Shown: positions 50,612-60,377, numbered from the stretch's first letter. The stretch is DNA of 64,000 bases from Thalassobaculum sp. (GCF_040219615.1 NZ_JAVJSE010000029.1:214717-278716), one strand, 5' to 3'. Numbers and translations: made by a program. The notes: generated by a model not told the origin, from the sequence alone.

Positions 50612-50649
50612 CGCAGTGTCCCTTTCTGGTGGCTGGCCGGCGCGCCGGT

Positions 50650-51507
50650 TCAGGCGCTTTCCGGCAGGCGCCGGCCGATCGCGTCGAGCCGTTCCTGCAG
50701 CGCCAGCCGGTCGAGCGAATGCATCGGCAGGCTGACGAAGATCGAGATCCGGTTGCCGAGCATCCGGAAGGCGTCGGCGAAGGCGAACCGGCGCTCGGCC
50801 TCGCTCCCCCCGGCCGCGGCCGGATCCGGCACCCCCCAGTGGGCCGAGATCGGCTGCCCGGGCCACAGCGGGCAGACCTCGGCGGCGGCATCGTCGCAGA
50901 CCGTGAACACGAAATGCATCTCGGGCGCGCCGGCGACAGCGAACTCGTCCCAGCTCTTGGACCGCAGGTCGTCGACCGGGAAATTCTGGTTCCGTAGCAG
51001 GTCGAGCGCATAGGGATGCACCGCGCCCTTCGGATGGCTGCCGGCACTGAACGCCCGGAACCGACCGGCCCCGGCCCGGTTCAGAATGGCCTCCGCGAGA
51101 ATGCTGCGCGCCGAGTTGCCGGTGCACAGGAACAGCACGTTGTAGACATTGTCGCTCATCCGCTCCGTCTCCGTTCCGCAGGCCTGCCCCCAGGGTCCCG
51201 CCAGGTCGCCACAGATCTCCGGGTGCCCGTCGCAGCATTCCTCGGTCAGGAACGCCAGCACCCGACGCATGCCCTCGATGTCCACCGCATAGATGACGTT
51301 GCGCTGCACGCGCCAGGACCGCAGCAGTCCGGCGCGCTCCAGGGCACCGACGTGAAAGCTCAGGCTCGACGGGCTGATCCCGACGGATTCGGCGATCGCA
51401 CCGGCCGTCATGCCGGACGGACCGCGCGCCATCAACAGCCGGAACAGCTGCAGGCGGTGCTCGTTGGCGAGTGCGGACAGGGCGGCAACGACGGAGCTGG
51501 CTTCCAT
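50650..51507 (-). CDS. arsRC: ArsR metalloregulator fused in frame to LMW-PTP-type arsenate reductase ArsC
   Basis: Residues 1 to about 115 form an ArsR wHTH with CCDGHPEIC. This continues without a stop into [19 protein letters not shown]...[11 protein letters not shown]. Confidence 0.8.
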   Translation of the reverse strand: MEASSVVAALSALANEHRLQLFRLLMARGPSGMTAGAIAESVGISPSSLSFHVGALERAGLLRSWRVQRNVIYAVDIEGMRRVLAFLTEECCDGHPEICGDLAGPWGQACGTETERMSDNVYNVLFLCTGNSARSILAEAILNRAGAGRFRAFSAGSHPKGAVHPYALDLLRNQNFPVDDLRSKSWDEFAVAGAPEMHFVFTVCDDAAAEVCPLWPGQPISAHWGVPDPAAAGGSEAERRFAFADAFRMLGNRISIFVSLPMHSLDRLALQERLDAIGRRLPESA

Positions 51508-51531
51508 TTCAATAGTTCATGTATCATTGAA
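51508..51531. promoter_or_regulatory. Candidate ArsR operator
   Basis: Inverted repeat TTCAAT-N12-ATTGAA directly abuts the arsRC start codon. Confidence 0.35.
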
Positions 51532-51579
51532 ACATAAGCCCGTCGAGCATCTATCTCGACCGTCACAGGCGACCATGCG

Positions 51580-54528
51580 TCAGCGGCCGATGCCGGTGCC
51601 GCGCCCTTCGATCGGCCGATCCGGGTGGGTTGCCGCCGGGCGGCTCAGGGCGGCGTCGACGCCGGCCAGGAACTCGTCGAACTTCAGGGGTTTCGTCAGG
51701 TATCGGAAAAAGCCGGCCGCCATGCCGCGCCGAACGTCGTTCGGCATTGCCGACGCGGTCAGGGCGATCACCGGGATCGTCGCGGTCTCGGGGTCCCGTC
51801 TCAGACGTTCCAGCACCTCGAAACCGTCCATCTCCGGCAGGTTGAGGTCCAGGACGATGACCTCCGGCTTCTGCGCCCGCGCCAGATCCAGGCCGATCTG
51901 CCCGGACGGCGCGGCGTACATGGTCACGTCCGGGAGGGTTTCGAGCAGATACGCCATCAGGGAGACGTTCAGCGGGTTGTCCTCGATATACAGGACCGAG
52001 TAGCCGCCGGCTGCCGCCAGCGGCGAGGCCAAGTGCGCGATCACGCCCTCGTCGGCGTTGTTCGGAACGCTCGAAACCGGCACCTCGATCCAGAACGTGC
52101 TGCCGGTTCCGAGTTCGCTCGTCACCCCGATCCGGCCGTCCATCGCCTCGACCAGGCGCTTGCTCAGGGCGAGACCGATACCGGTGCCCTCGACATGGGT
52201 GAACTCCGCGCCGAGGCGCTGGAACGGCACGAACAGCTGCTTCCTGTTCTCCTCGGATATGCCGGCTCCGGTGTCGGTCACGGAGATCCGCACGACGCCC
52301 GCGCCCGGCTCCTCGACCTTCACCGTGACCGTCCCGTCTGGCCGATTGTACTTGATGGCGTTGGACAGCAGGTTCAGCAGGACCTGGCGCAACCTCTGGG
52401 CGTCGGCGCGGACGGCCAGGTCGGCCGGCGCCGGGAGCTTGTGCAAGTGGACCGCGGCGCCGGACGCGACCGGCTGCATGGTGCGGACCGCCTCGCGGAC
52501 CACCCCGGCGATGCCGACCGGCTCGAGCGACAGCCGCAGGCGCCCGGCCTCGACCCCGGCCAGGTCCAGCACCTCGTCGACCAGGCTCAGGAGATGTCCG
52601 CCGCTCTTGACGATGTGGTCGCAGTACTGCTGCTGATCGGGGTTCAGGCGTTTCTCGCGATCGATCTTGAGGATCTGGCCGAAGCCGATGATGGCGTTGA
52701 GCGGCGTCCGCAGTTCGTGGCTCATGCTGGACAGGAACTCGGACTTCGCCCGGTTCGCCTCGTCGGCGGCATCGTGGGCCGCCTGCGCCGCCTCGCGGGC
52801 CTGTTCGAGAGCGGTGATGTCGAACCGCAGCACCATGATCCCGCCGTCGCTGGTCGGACGCTCGACCACCTCGACCACCCGCCCGCCGAAGCGCACGGTC
52901 GTACTGCCCTTGGCGGACAGGTGCTGCTCTACGCGGCGCGCGATCCAGCCATCGGGGTCCGACACCGCGTCGGTTATCGCGCCGGCGGCGACGCAGCGCC
53001 GCAGGATCTGCTCGAAGGTGTCGCCGATCCGGTACTGGTCCGCGAGTTCGGGCATGACGTCGGTTCTGTGACCGTTGGTGTAGACCAGCCGGTCATCGGC
53101 GTCGAACAGCAGGAAGCCCGCCGGCAGCGACTCGACCGCGTCGTGCAGTCGCTGCTCGGCACGCCGCAGTTCCGTGATGTCGCGCCCGGACCCCCGGAAG
53201 CCCATGAAGCCGCCGTCGTCGCGGAATACCGGCACGCCGCTGACCCGCAGCCAGCGGTCGCCGGTCGGCCCGCGCCGGATGTACTCGAAATCGCGAAACG
53301 GTCGGTGTTCCCGAAGGTCGGCGAGATGCGCCGCCCATGCCTCGGAGGTGACCTGACCCGGTGCCGCCAGTTCCACGCGACTGCGCCCGATATGCCATGA
53401 CGCCACCACCCCGGTCGCGCTCTCGATGGAATCGGATATCCAGACGAAACGATGCTCCGCGTCGGTCTCCCAGAACCAGTCGCCGGACGACGCCGCGAAG
53501 TCCCGGAACCGCGCCTCGCTGAACCGCAGTTCGATGGCCAGCTGCTCGCGTCTCCGGGTCTGCCGGACCAGAAGCCAGGTCCCGAGCGCCAGCGCGAGCA
53601 CGATGAGCCCCATGCGCGTGCCGCCGGCCGCAAGGCCGTTCCAGAAGATGGCCAGGATCTCGTCGTGGCGCGCCGCCACGGTCACGATCATGCCGCTGCC
53701 GGGTGCTACCGCATAGCCGATCACCCGCCTCTCCTGATCGGACAGCCCATAGGCATGGAAGGCGCCGGCCGGAGCGCTCGGCACGATCTCGGTCATGAAG
53801 GGCCGACCCGCGAGCGAGGTCCCGAGCAGCATCTCGTCCATGGGCTCGCGCACCAGGATGGTCCCATCGCCCCGGAACAGCGTGACGACGTCGTGCTGAC
53901 CGAACTCGATCCCGCGGAACACCCGCGCGAAATACTCGGGGTCCACGACCCCACCGGCGATTCCGTCGAAGCGGCCGTCCGGCTTGTCCAGTCGGAGCGA
54001 CACGCTGAGGATCCAGCCGTCCAGCAGACGCGAGCGTACCGGCGCCGCCACGTAGAGACGCCCGGGACGGCCGTCGCCGTCGCGCAGGGCCAGGAACTGT
54101 TCCTGGTCCGCCACGTTGAGCGGCGGCGGATCGGCGAACAGCGAGGACATCAGGCGGTCGCCGTCGGCGTTCACCCATCCGATCGACCGAAGCACCGGCG
54201 ACCCGCCATGAATCGCCTTCAGGAGCCGGTGGATGGTTGCGTCGCTGTAGGTATGCCGGTCGGCGTCGTCGTGGACCCGGGCGACCGCCTTGAGGGCGCT
54301 CTCGGCGGCTTCGAACGAGCGGGCGGTGTGCTCGGCCAGCAGCGTGGCCGAGGTCCGAACGCTGCGTTCGGCCTGCGCCAGTTCCTCGCGATAGTCGCGC
54401 CACTGGTCGAACGCGAACGACAGCAACAGAACCGCGATGCCGGCCGCGGACACCAGAGAGATCTGCTGACTGGGGCCAAATGCCCACCGTGAACGCACCA
54501 GGCCTGCACTCCTAACGGCAATCGACAT
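51580..54528 (-). CDS. Hybrid sensor histidine kinase (Cache-like periplasmic domain, PAS domains, HisKA, HATPase, REC)
   Basis: 982 aa. Two TM segments flank about 270 aa. H-box SHELRTPLNAI, then LLSNAIKYN, DTGAGI, GIGLAL. C-terminal VLYIEDN...VIVLDLNLPEMDG. Confidence 0.9.
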   Translation of the reverse strand: MSIAVRSAGLVRSRWAFGPSQQISLVSAAGIAVLLLSFAFDQWRDYREELAQAERSVRTSATLLAEHTARSFEAAESALKAVARVHDDADRHTYSDATIHRLLKAIHGGSPVLRSIGWVNADGDRLMSSLFADPPPLNVADQEQFLALRDGDGRPGRLYVAAPVRSRLLDGWILSVSLRLDKPDGRFDGIAGGVVDPEYFARVFRGIEFGQHDVVTLFRGDGTILVREPMDEMLLGTSLAGRPFMTEIVPSAPAGAFHAYGLSDQERRVIGYAVAPGSGMIVTVAARHDEILAIFWNGLAAGGTRMGLIVLALALGTWLLVRQTRRREQLAIELRFSEARFRDFAASSGDWFWETDAEHRFVWISDSIESATGVVASWHIGRSRVELAAPGQVTSEAWAAHLADLREHRPFRDFEYIRRGPTGDRWLRVSGVPVFRDDGGFMGFRGSGRDITELRRAEQRLHDAVESLPAGFLLFDADDRLVYTNGHRTDVMPELADQYRIGDTFEQILRRCVAAGAITDAVSDPDGWIARRVEQHLSAKGSTTVRFGGRVVEVVERPTSDGGIMVLRFDITALEQAREAAQAAHDAADEANRAKSEFLSSMSHELRTPLNAIIGFGQILKIDREKRLNPDQQQYCDHIVKSGGHLLSLVDEVLDLAGVEAGRLRLSLEPVGIAGVVREAVRTMQPVASGAAVHLHKLPAPADLAVRADAQRLRQVLLNLLSNAIKYNRPDGTVTVKVEEPGAGVVRISVTDTGAGISEENRKQLFVPFQRLGAEFTHVEGTGIGLALSKRLVEAMDGRIGVTSELGTGSTFWIEVPVSSVPNNADEGVIAHLASPLAAAGGYSVLYIEDNPLNVSLMAYLLETLPDVTMYAAPSGQIGLDLARAQKPEVIVLDLNLPEMDGFEVLERLRRDPETATIPVIALTASAMPNDVRRGMAAGFFRYLTKPLKFDEFLAGVDAALSRPAATHPDRPIEGRGTGIGR

Positions 54529-54649
54529 CCGACGTATTTATCGGAATCGCGGTTAAGAGTGTCTTAGCGTCGCGGAACGGTCCCGGTTGCCGAGGGTGCG
54601 CCCCGCAGGAATCACCCCTACGATCGCCCGGTGACCGGGAGGAGCTTCG

Positions 54650-56941
54650 ATGTCCGACGGCCTGATCGACGACGACGAGATGGGCGATGTCTGGCCGGCG
54701 GTCCATCCCGGCCGCGAAGCCGGCGACTACGGGTCGGCCCGAATCGACGCTCGCGGCCCGTTCGCGGTCCGGTCGTTCCAGACCGTCGATCTGACCTACA
54801 CCGTCGGCCGGTTCGGGCTGGACGACAGCGGCAGCATCAAGATCGTCCAGCGCTTTCCCAACGACGGCGGCCGGCTTCAGGTCGCCGACCCGACGGCCAT
54901 GAACTTCGTCTCGGCGCGGGCCAGCAACGGCTGCAGCCTGATCCTGGTGCCGGAGCCCGACGGCCATCAGCGCCCCTGGGAACGGTCGCTGCGCATCACC
55001 GTCCGCGGCGGGTCCATGCATCCGGGGGACAGCATCACCGTGACCTTCGGCGACCGCGGCGGCGGATCGCCCGGCCTGCGACTGCAGACCTTCTGCGAGA
55101 CCGCGCACGAGTTCCGGGTGCTGGTGGACCCGTGTGCGACCGGGCACTTCTTTCCGCTTACCGACCGCCCTTGCATCGAGATCGTGGCCGGCACGCCGGT
55201 GCGCTGGAAGGCGGTGCTGCCGACCCATGGCCGGCCGGGAGGGCCGTTCTCGCTCGGCCTCCGGGCCGAGGACCTGTGGGGCAACCCGTCGCATCGGGCC
55301 GGCCGATCGCTGCGGCTCGAGGCCGACGGCGGGATCCTCGGCCTGCCCGGGCGGGTCGACTATCCCGACGGCGAGCTGGCCTGGCGAATCACCGGGCTGA
55401 CGGCGCTGGCGGCGGGAATCGTCCGGGTCCGCGTGCTGGACGACGACGGCGCCGAACTGGCCCGGTCCAACCCGCTGGTGGTCCGCGCCGGCCAGACCGG
55501 CGGGTACTGGGGCGACCTGCACGGCCAGAGCGGCGAGACCGTCGGGGTCAACCCGATCGACGAGTATTTCGCCTTCGGCCGCGACCTGGCCTTTCTCGAC
55601 GTGATGAGCCACCAGGCCAACGACTTCCAGGTCACCGGCGCGTTCTGGGCCCGGATCAACGCGGTCACCGACGCCGTGAACCGCGACGGCACCTTCGTCG
55701 CCTTCCCCGGTTACGAATGGTCCGGCAACACCCCGGTCGGTGGCGACCACAACGTGTTCTTCCGCCATGCCGGCCGGCCGATCCGCCGATCCTCGCACGC
55801 CCTGCTGGAGGACCGCAGCGACCTGGACGGCGACGCCAATACCACGACCGAACTGTTCGAGGCGCTGCGCGACGAGGACTGCGTAGTCTACGCCCATGTC
55901 GGCGGTCGCCCGGCCGACATCGGCCGCGACGACGGCGGCCGGATCCGAACCGCCGTCGAGGTTCATTCCGACTGGGGCAGCTTCGAGTGGATCATGAAGG
56001 ACAGCTTCGCCCACGGGTACCGGCTGGGCCTGGTCTGCAACAGCGACGGCCACAAGGGGCGGCCGGGCGCGAGCCACCCCGGCGCCTCGCAGTTCGGAGC
56101 ACTGGGCGGACTGACCTGCTTCCTGGCGGACGACCTGACCCGCGACGGCATCTTCGCGGCGCTGCGCCGGCGCCGCCACTACGGCACCACCGGCTGCCGG
56201 ATGTTCCTGGACGTAGTGGCCGCGTTCCCCGGCGGCGCGACACTGTACGACGGCGATCCGCGGCTGGGACCGGCGGCTTCCCGGCCGTCCGCCGAGGCAG
56301 GGATGGGCGACATCGTCGAGACCGCGGGCGGCCGGGCGCGGCTGCGGGTCGAGGTCGCAGCCCATGCCCCGATCCTGCGGATCGACGTCCTGAACGGCCC
56401 GGACGAGGTCGCCGGGGTTTCCGGATACGACGCGGCCGACCTCGGCGACCGGATCCGGGTGAGCTTCCACGGCGCCGAGTACCGCGGCCGCGGACGCCAG
56501 ACCTCCTGGAAGGGCAGCGCCCGGTTCTCGGACGCGCGGATCGAGCGTTTCGACCGCATCAACGCCTGGAACCACGAGCGGCCGCTGGCGCCGGACGGCC
56601 CGTCGAGTGTCGCGTTCGACGTCCTGACCACCGGCAACTTCATCGGGTTCGACGCCTGGCTGTCCGACAGCCGGGCCGGGACGCTGACGGTGGCCGCCGG
56701 ACATGCCGACGCGCAGGTCGTCCTGGACGAACTCGGCACCGATCCGGTCGTGGTCGAGGCCGGCGGGCTGGACCGGCAGCTCAGGATCTCCCGGCTGCCC
56801 GACCGCTGCCGCCGCGACCATCTCGTCCACGATTTCGACATCGAACTGCGGCCGGGCCGGGACAACCCGCTATGGGTGCGGGTGACGACCGAGGACGGCT
56901 ACAATGCGTGGTCGAGCCCGATCTACGTCGTGCGCCCCTGA
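54650..56941 (+). CDS. DUF3604-like (PHP-type metal-dependent) protein with N-terminal extension of about 270 aa
   Basis: YWGDLHGQSGE, AFPGYEWSGNTPVGGDHNVFF and VCNSDGHKG recall DUF3604 motifs. No signal peptide. GGGAGGAG RBS. Confidence 0.6.
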   Translation: MSDGLIDDDEMGDVWPAVHPGREAGDYGSARIDARGPFAVRSFQTVDLTYTVGRFGLDDSGSIKIVQRFPNDGGRLQVADPTAMNFVSARASNGCSLILVPEPDGHQRPWERSLRITVRGGSMHPGDSITVTFGDRGGGSPGLRLQTFCETAHEFRVLVDPCATGHFFPLTDRPCIEIVAGTPVRWKAVLPTHGRPGGPFSLGLRAEDLWGNPSHRAGRSLRLEADGGILGLPGRVDYPDGELAWRITGLTALAAGIVRVRVLDDDGAELARSNPLVVRAGQTGGYWGDLHGQSGETVGVNPIDEYFAFGRDLAFLDVMSHQANDFQVTGAFWARINAVTDAVNRDGTFVAFPGYEWSGNTPVGGDHNVFFRHAGRPIRRSSHALLEDRSDLDGDANTTTELFEALRDEDCVVYAHVGGRPADIGRDDGGRIRTAVEVHSDWGSFEWIMKDSFAHGYRLGLVCNSDGHKGRPGASHPGASQFGALGGLTCFLADDLTRDGIFAALRRRRHYGTTGCRMFLDVVAAFPGGATLYDGDPRLGPAASRPSAEAGMGDIVETAGGRARLRVEVAAHAPILRIDVLNGPDEVAGVSGYDAADLGDRIRVSFHGAEYRGRGRQTSWKGSARFSDARIERFDRINAWNHERPLAPDGPSSVAFDVLTTGNFIGFDAWLSDSRAGTLTVAAGHADAQVVLDELGTDPVVVEAGGLDRQLRISRLPDRCRRDHLVHDFDIELRPGRDNPLWVRVTTEDGYNAWSSPIYVVRP

Positions 56942-56967
56942 TCCGCAATCTTGAGGACCCGACCGCC

Positions 56968-57672
56968 ATGCCCCGGCACATCGGTATCGTCGGCTGCTCC
57001 GCCGAAGGCGCCTCGCTCTGCTACCGGACGATCTGCGTCGAGGGCGCCGCCCTGCTCGGCCCGCACGCCCATCCCGAAGTCTCGATGCACACGCCGTCGC
57101 TGGCCGACTACACCGCCTGCCTGTACCGCGGCGACTGGCAGGGCGTCGGCGACCTGATGCTGGCATCCGCCGAGAAGCTCGCGCGGATCGGCGCCGACTT
57201 CCTGATCTGCCCGGACAATACCATTCACCAGGCGATGCCGCATGTGCTGCCCCGCTCGCCCCTGCCCTGGCTGCACATCGCCGAGGTCGTGGCGCAGGAG
57301 GCGGCCGGGCGCGGCTTCCGGCGTCTCGGCTTGACCGGCACGCGCTGGCTGGTGGACAGCGAGGTCTATCCGGAGAAGCTCGCGGCCTTGGGGCTCGAGT
57401 TCCGGCGGCCGAACGACGAGGAGCGCGACGAGATCGACCGCATCATCATGGACGAACTGGTCTGCGGTATATTCCGGCCGGAGGCGGTCGCGGCCTTCCG
57501 GCGGATCATCGGCCGGTTGCAGGCGGAAGGCTGCGACGCGGTGGTGCTGGGCTGCACCGAGATCCCGCTGATCATGAGCGACGCGAACTCGCCGCTGCCG
57601 ACCCTGGATTCCACCCGACTGCTGGCGCGCGCGGCTCTGCAACGAGCGGTCGAGGGCGAGCCGGCGGCATGA
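56968..57672 (+). CDS. Aspartate/glutamate racemase family protein
   Basis: IGIVGCSAEG...ICPDNTIH...VVLGCTEIPL, with the two catalytic Cys contexts. Confidence 0.8.
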   Translation: MPRHIGIVGCSAEGASLCYRTICVEGAALLGPHAHPEVSMHTPSLADYTACLYRGDWQGVGDLMLASAEKLARIGADFLICPDNTIHQAMPHVLPRSPLPWLHIAEVVAQEAAGRGFRRLGLTGTRWLVDSEVYPEKLAALGLEFRRPNDEERDEIDRIIMDELVCGIFRPEAVAAFRRIIGRLQAEGCDAVVLGCTEIPLIMSDANSPLPTLDSTRLLARAALQRAVEGEPAA

Positions 57673-57676
57673 GGCC

Positions 57677-58213
57677 CTAGCGGTTCGCCAGCCCGCCGGT
57701 ATTGACGCTGCGCCAGGACTCCAGAAAGGTGTCGGAAAGCCTCGTCACCGCGGCCCGCACGGCGTCGGCATGGTCGGGGGACGTGGTCGTGGTGGCTGTT
57801 CCGCGCTGCCAGAGCACCACCTGCCCGCTGCGCAGCCAGCCCGCCTTCTCGTCGAAGTAGGACACCTGGCGGTAGGCCCCCAGCATCGGGGCGCTGGCAC
57901 ACGCGCCGGTGGTCCGGTCGTAGCCTGTCAGAATCGACAGCGTGATCGTCACGTCGGCAGCCGGATCGATCGACAGACCGCCCGCGACGATCCGGCCGGA
58001 AACCAGCGGCTGAAGTTCGCGGAGGTCGATCCCGCAAGCGCTCGCGTCCGGCGTGACCTGGCTGATCGCGATGCGAATCTCCTTGATTCCCGCGAGATCG
58101 GCGGGCGTTCCGCCGGCGCTCCCAGCCGCCGCCGGCAGCGTCGACAGCAGGACCGCCAGCAGCACGGCGAGCCGCCGCACCGTGGCTGTTCCGATTCTTC
58201 GCCCTGTCGCCAC
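57677..58213 (-). CDS. Hypothetical secreted protein
   Basis: GTG start. Signal peptide RRLAVLLAVLLSTLPAAAG. High-GC third codon positions. No family recognised. Confidence 0.5.
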   Translation of the reverse strand: MATGRRIGTATVRRLAVLLAVLLSTLPAAAGSAGGTPADLAGIKEIRIAISQVTPDASACGIDLRELQPLVSGRIVAGGLSIDPAADVTITLSILTGYDRTTGACASAPMLGAYRQVSYFDEKAGWLRSGQVVLWQRGTATTTTSPDHADAVRAAVTRLSDTFLESWRSVNTGGLANR

Positions 58214-58317
58214 CGCGCCGTCTCCCTGCCGCTTCGAGTATGCGGAATACTAGCCTGTACACCATGTGGTCGCTATGCTGACGCAACCGAGGCACGCGTC
58301 AAGACAAGGCACCTGAA

Positions 58318-59796
58318 ATGGGAACGATCCTGACGGTGATCGCAATCACCCTGGGCGCCACGGCCCTCAAGCTGACCAGCGAGACCACCGCGGAATACTT
58401 CGCGATGTTCGTGGTCAACGAGGATAATCTGGGCGCAAGCACACAGGAGCCGGAGTCACTGGAGCCGCCCGCGGTCGAACCTGCCCGGGCCGGGTCTGCG
58501 TCTGCGTCTGCGTCTGCGATGGTTGCACGGGACGACGGGAACGCGGCAGCCCACCGGGAGACGGCGCCGGCGCCGGTCCCCGTCCTGCTGGCCGCGGCCG
58601 GTCGGGATGACGCCGTTGCCGCACCGGCCGGAGCGCGCCTGCCGTCCAGTTCGGGCGAGCGTGTCGTACCGGCCTCGTCGACGACCTCGACCACCGTCGC
58701 GACCGAGACCACCGCGACGGCATCGGCGGGCCCGGCAGCGCCGGTAGCCGCGGTCGCCGGCGAGGTGAGCGACCCGCTGCTGTCGCTGATCGGCGACACC
58801 CCGTTCCGGCGCCCGGACGGCACGGTCTTCATGCCGATCGCGGCCCAGCACGTGTTCGGCCTGCGCACGGTGATCGGGCAGCGCGCGGCGGTTCCGGCGA
58901 CGGTCGAGTTGCCCGGCCGGATCGTCACCAACCCGAGTACCGCCCATCTGATCCAGACCGCCCAGGACGGCTTCGTGCAGGTCGCGCGGGGCGCCTTCCC
59001 CTATGCCGGACAGCGGGTCCGACGCGGCGAGTTGCTCGCCTACCTGCAGCCGTCGCTGACGACCGTCGAGCAGGCCCAGATCGACGGCCAGATCCAGCAA
59101 CTGGTCAACGACATCGATCTGGCCCGCAAGCGGATGGCCCGGCTGGAAGAGGTGCTGCTTATCCGCTATCGCGCCAACCGGATCGAGCAGATCCGCGTCG
59201 AGATCGAGGGCATGCGCCGCCAGCTCGAGGTGCTGCGCGGCAGCGTCGAGCGTCCGATCGAGCTGCGCGCCCAGACCGACGGCGTGGTGTCCGACGTCAA
59301 TGCCGCCTCCGGGCAGTTCGTGCACGCCGGCCACACGATCTTCGAGATCGTCGATCCCACGCGGCTCTGGGTTTCCGCCTCGGCCTTCGAGCCGGGCCTG
59401 CAGGACCGGATCGCCAGTGCGTCCGCCCTGACCACCGACGGCCGCAAGCTGGATCTGCAGTTCGTCGGCGGCGGGCTGACCCTGCGCCAGCAGGCGCTGC
59501 CGCTGCACTTCGAGATCGTCGGCTCGCCGGCGGACCTCAGTGTCGACACCCCGGTCTCGGTGGTCGTGCAGTTGGAGGGACCGGCCGCGACCGGCCTGCG
59601 CGTGCCACGCGCCAGCGTCACCCGCACCAGCGACGGCCGCGAACTGATCTGGGAGCGGCGGTCGGCCGAGAGTTTCCTGTCCCACCACGTCGCCGTGACG
59701 CCGATCGATGCCGACTGGGTGCTGGTCACCAGCCCGATCGGCAATGCCGTGCGCGTCGTCACCAGCGGCGTCGCCACCCTGGGGCAGGTCCAATGA
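58318..59796 (+). CDS. HlyD / membrane-fusion-protein-type periplasmic adaptor with long low-complexity N-terminal linker
   Basis: N-terminal TM, an Ala/Ser/Thr/Pro-rich stretch of about 190 aa, then barrel-sandwich, coiled-coil and beta-barrel pattern (GELLAYLQPS...QIDGQIQQL...DGVVSDVNAASGQFV). Confidence 0.7.
   Translation: MGTILTVIAITLGATALKLTSETTAEYFAMFVVNEDNLGASTQEPESLEPPAVEPARAGSASASASAMVARDDGNAAAHRETAPAPVPVLLAAAGRDDAVAAPAGARLPSSSGERVVPASSTTSTTVATETTATASAGPAAPVAAVAGEVSDPLLSLIGDTPFRRPDGTVFMPIAAQHVFGLRTVIGQRAAVPATVELPGRIVTNPSTAHLIQTAQDGFVQVARGAFPYAGQRVRRGELLAYLQPSLTTVEQAQIDGQIQQLVNDIDLARKRMARLEEVLLIRYRANRIEQIRVEIEGMRRQLEVLRGSVERPIELRAQTDGVVSDVNAASGQFVHAGHTIFEIVDPTRLWVSASAFEPGLQDRIASASALTTDGRKLDLQFVGGGLTLRQQALPLHFEIVGSPADLSVDTPVSVVVQLEGPAATGLRVPRASVTRTSDGRELIWERRSAESFLSHHVAVTPIDADWVLVTSPIGNAVRVVTSGVATLGQVQ
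58494..58517 (+). repeat. Hexanucleotide tandem repeat (GTCTGC)x4 inside the adaptor gene
   Basis: Four perfect units encode SASASASA. Confidence 0.9.
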
Positions 59797-60134
59797 CCCG
59801 GACGGTCGTCGGCAGCGGCGCATTCCTGGCGATCGCCTCGATGATCGCCGCGGTTCTGCTCCTGTCGGCGCCCGCGTCGGCCGCCGGGCCGACGCCTGGC
59901 ATCGGCACCTCCGCGCCGGCTTCCCCGCGCGACCTCCGGCCCGATACCCGCGCCGCCGACCAGGGCATGCGCCTCGATCGACGCGCCAGCGTATTCGAGG
60001 CGACCGGCTACCAGACCCTAACGGTGGTCGGGCTGGCCGGGGGGGCGATGGTGATCGGCGCCCTCGCCGCCGGCGCGCCGGGTGCGTTGACCGGCGCCGC
60101 AGCCGTCGTGCTCGTCTACACCCTGATGCGTTGA
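59793..60134 (+). CDS. Small exported protein with Gly/Ala-zipper C-terminal membrane segment
   Basis: ATGA overlap with the adaptor stop. Signal peptide ...LLLSAPASAAG. C-terminal VVGLAGGAMVIGALAAGAPGALTGAAAVVLV. Confidence 0.55.
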   Translation: MTRTVVGSGAFLAIASMIAAVLLLSAPASAAGPTPGIGTSAPASPRDLRPDTRAADQGMRLDRRASVFEATGYQTLTVVGLAGGAMVIGALAAGAPGALTGAAAVVLVYTLMR

Positions 60135-60152
60135 CCGGAGCCGAGGTGCGGT

Positions 60153-60356
60153 ATGGGTACGTTGCTCGTCATCACGGTGGTCGCCGCCACCATGTTCTCC
60201 GACATGATTGTCGAGGTGTCGGCGGAAATTGCCTCCGACACCGTCCTGGACGATGAAGCCGGAGTGATCTCGGAGACCCTGCCGGAACCCCGGAACGCGA
60301 TCGTAGACATGATGCCGGAAGCCGCGGTGGTCCGCTGGGTGTCGGCGCCGCGCTGA
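60153..60356 (+). CDS. Small membrane-anchored acidic protein
   Basis: GAGGTG RBS. N-terminal TM MGTLLVITVVAATMF and an acidic tail. 67 aa. Confidence 0.4.
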   Translation: MGTLLVITVVAATMFSDMIVEVSAEIASDTVLDDEAGVISETLPEPRNAIVDMMPEAAVVRWVSAPR

Positions 60357-60377
60357 AGCGCAGAGCCGGCACTCCGA

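Noticed and set aside
58273-58279. CTATGCT upstream of the HlyD-type operon as a shared regulatory motif with the two SBP genes
   Set aside because: The offset to the ATG (39 nt) and the -35 region differ from the SBP promoters. A 7-mer match alone is not significant.
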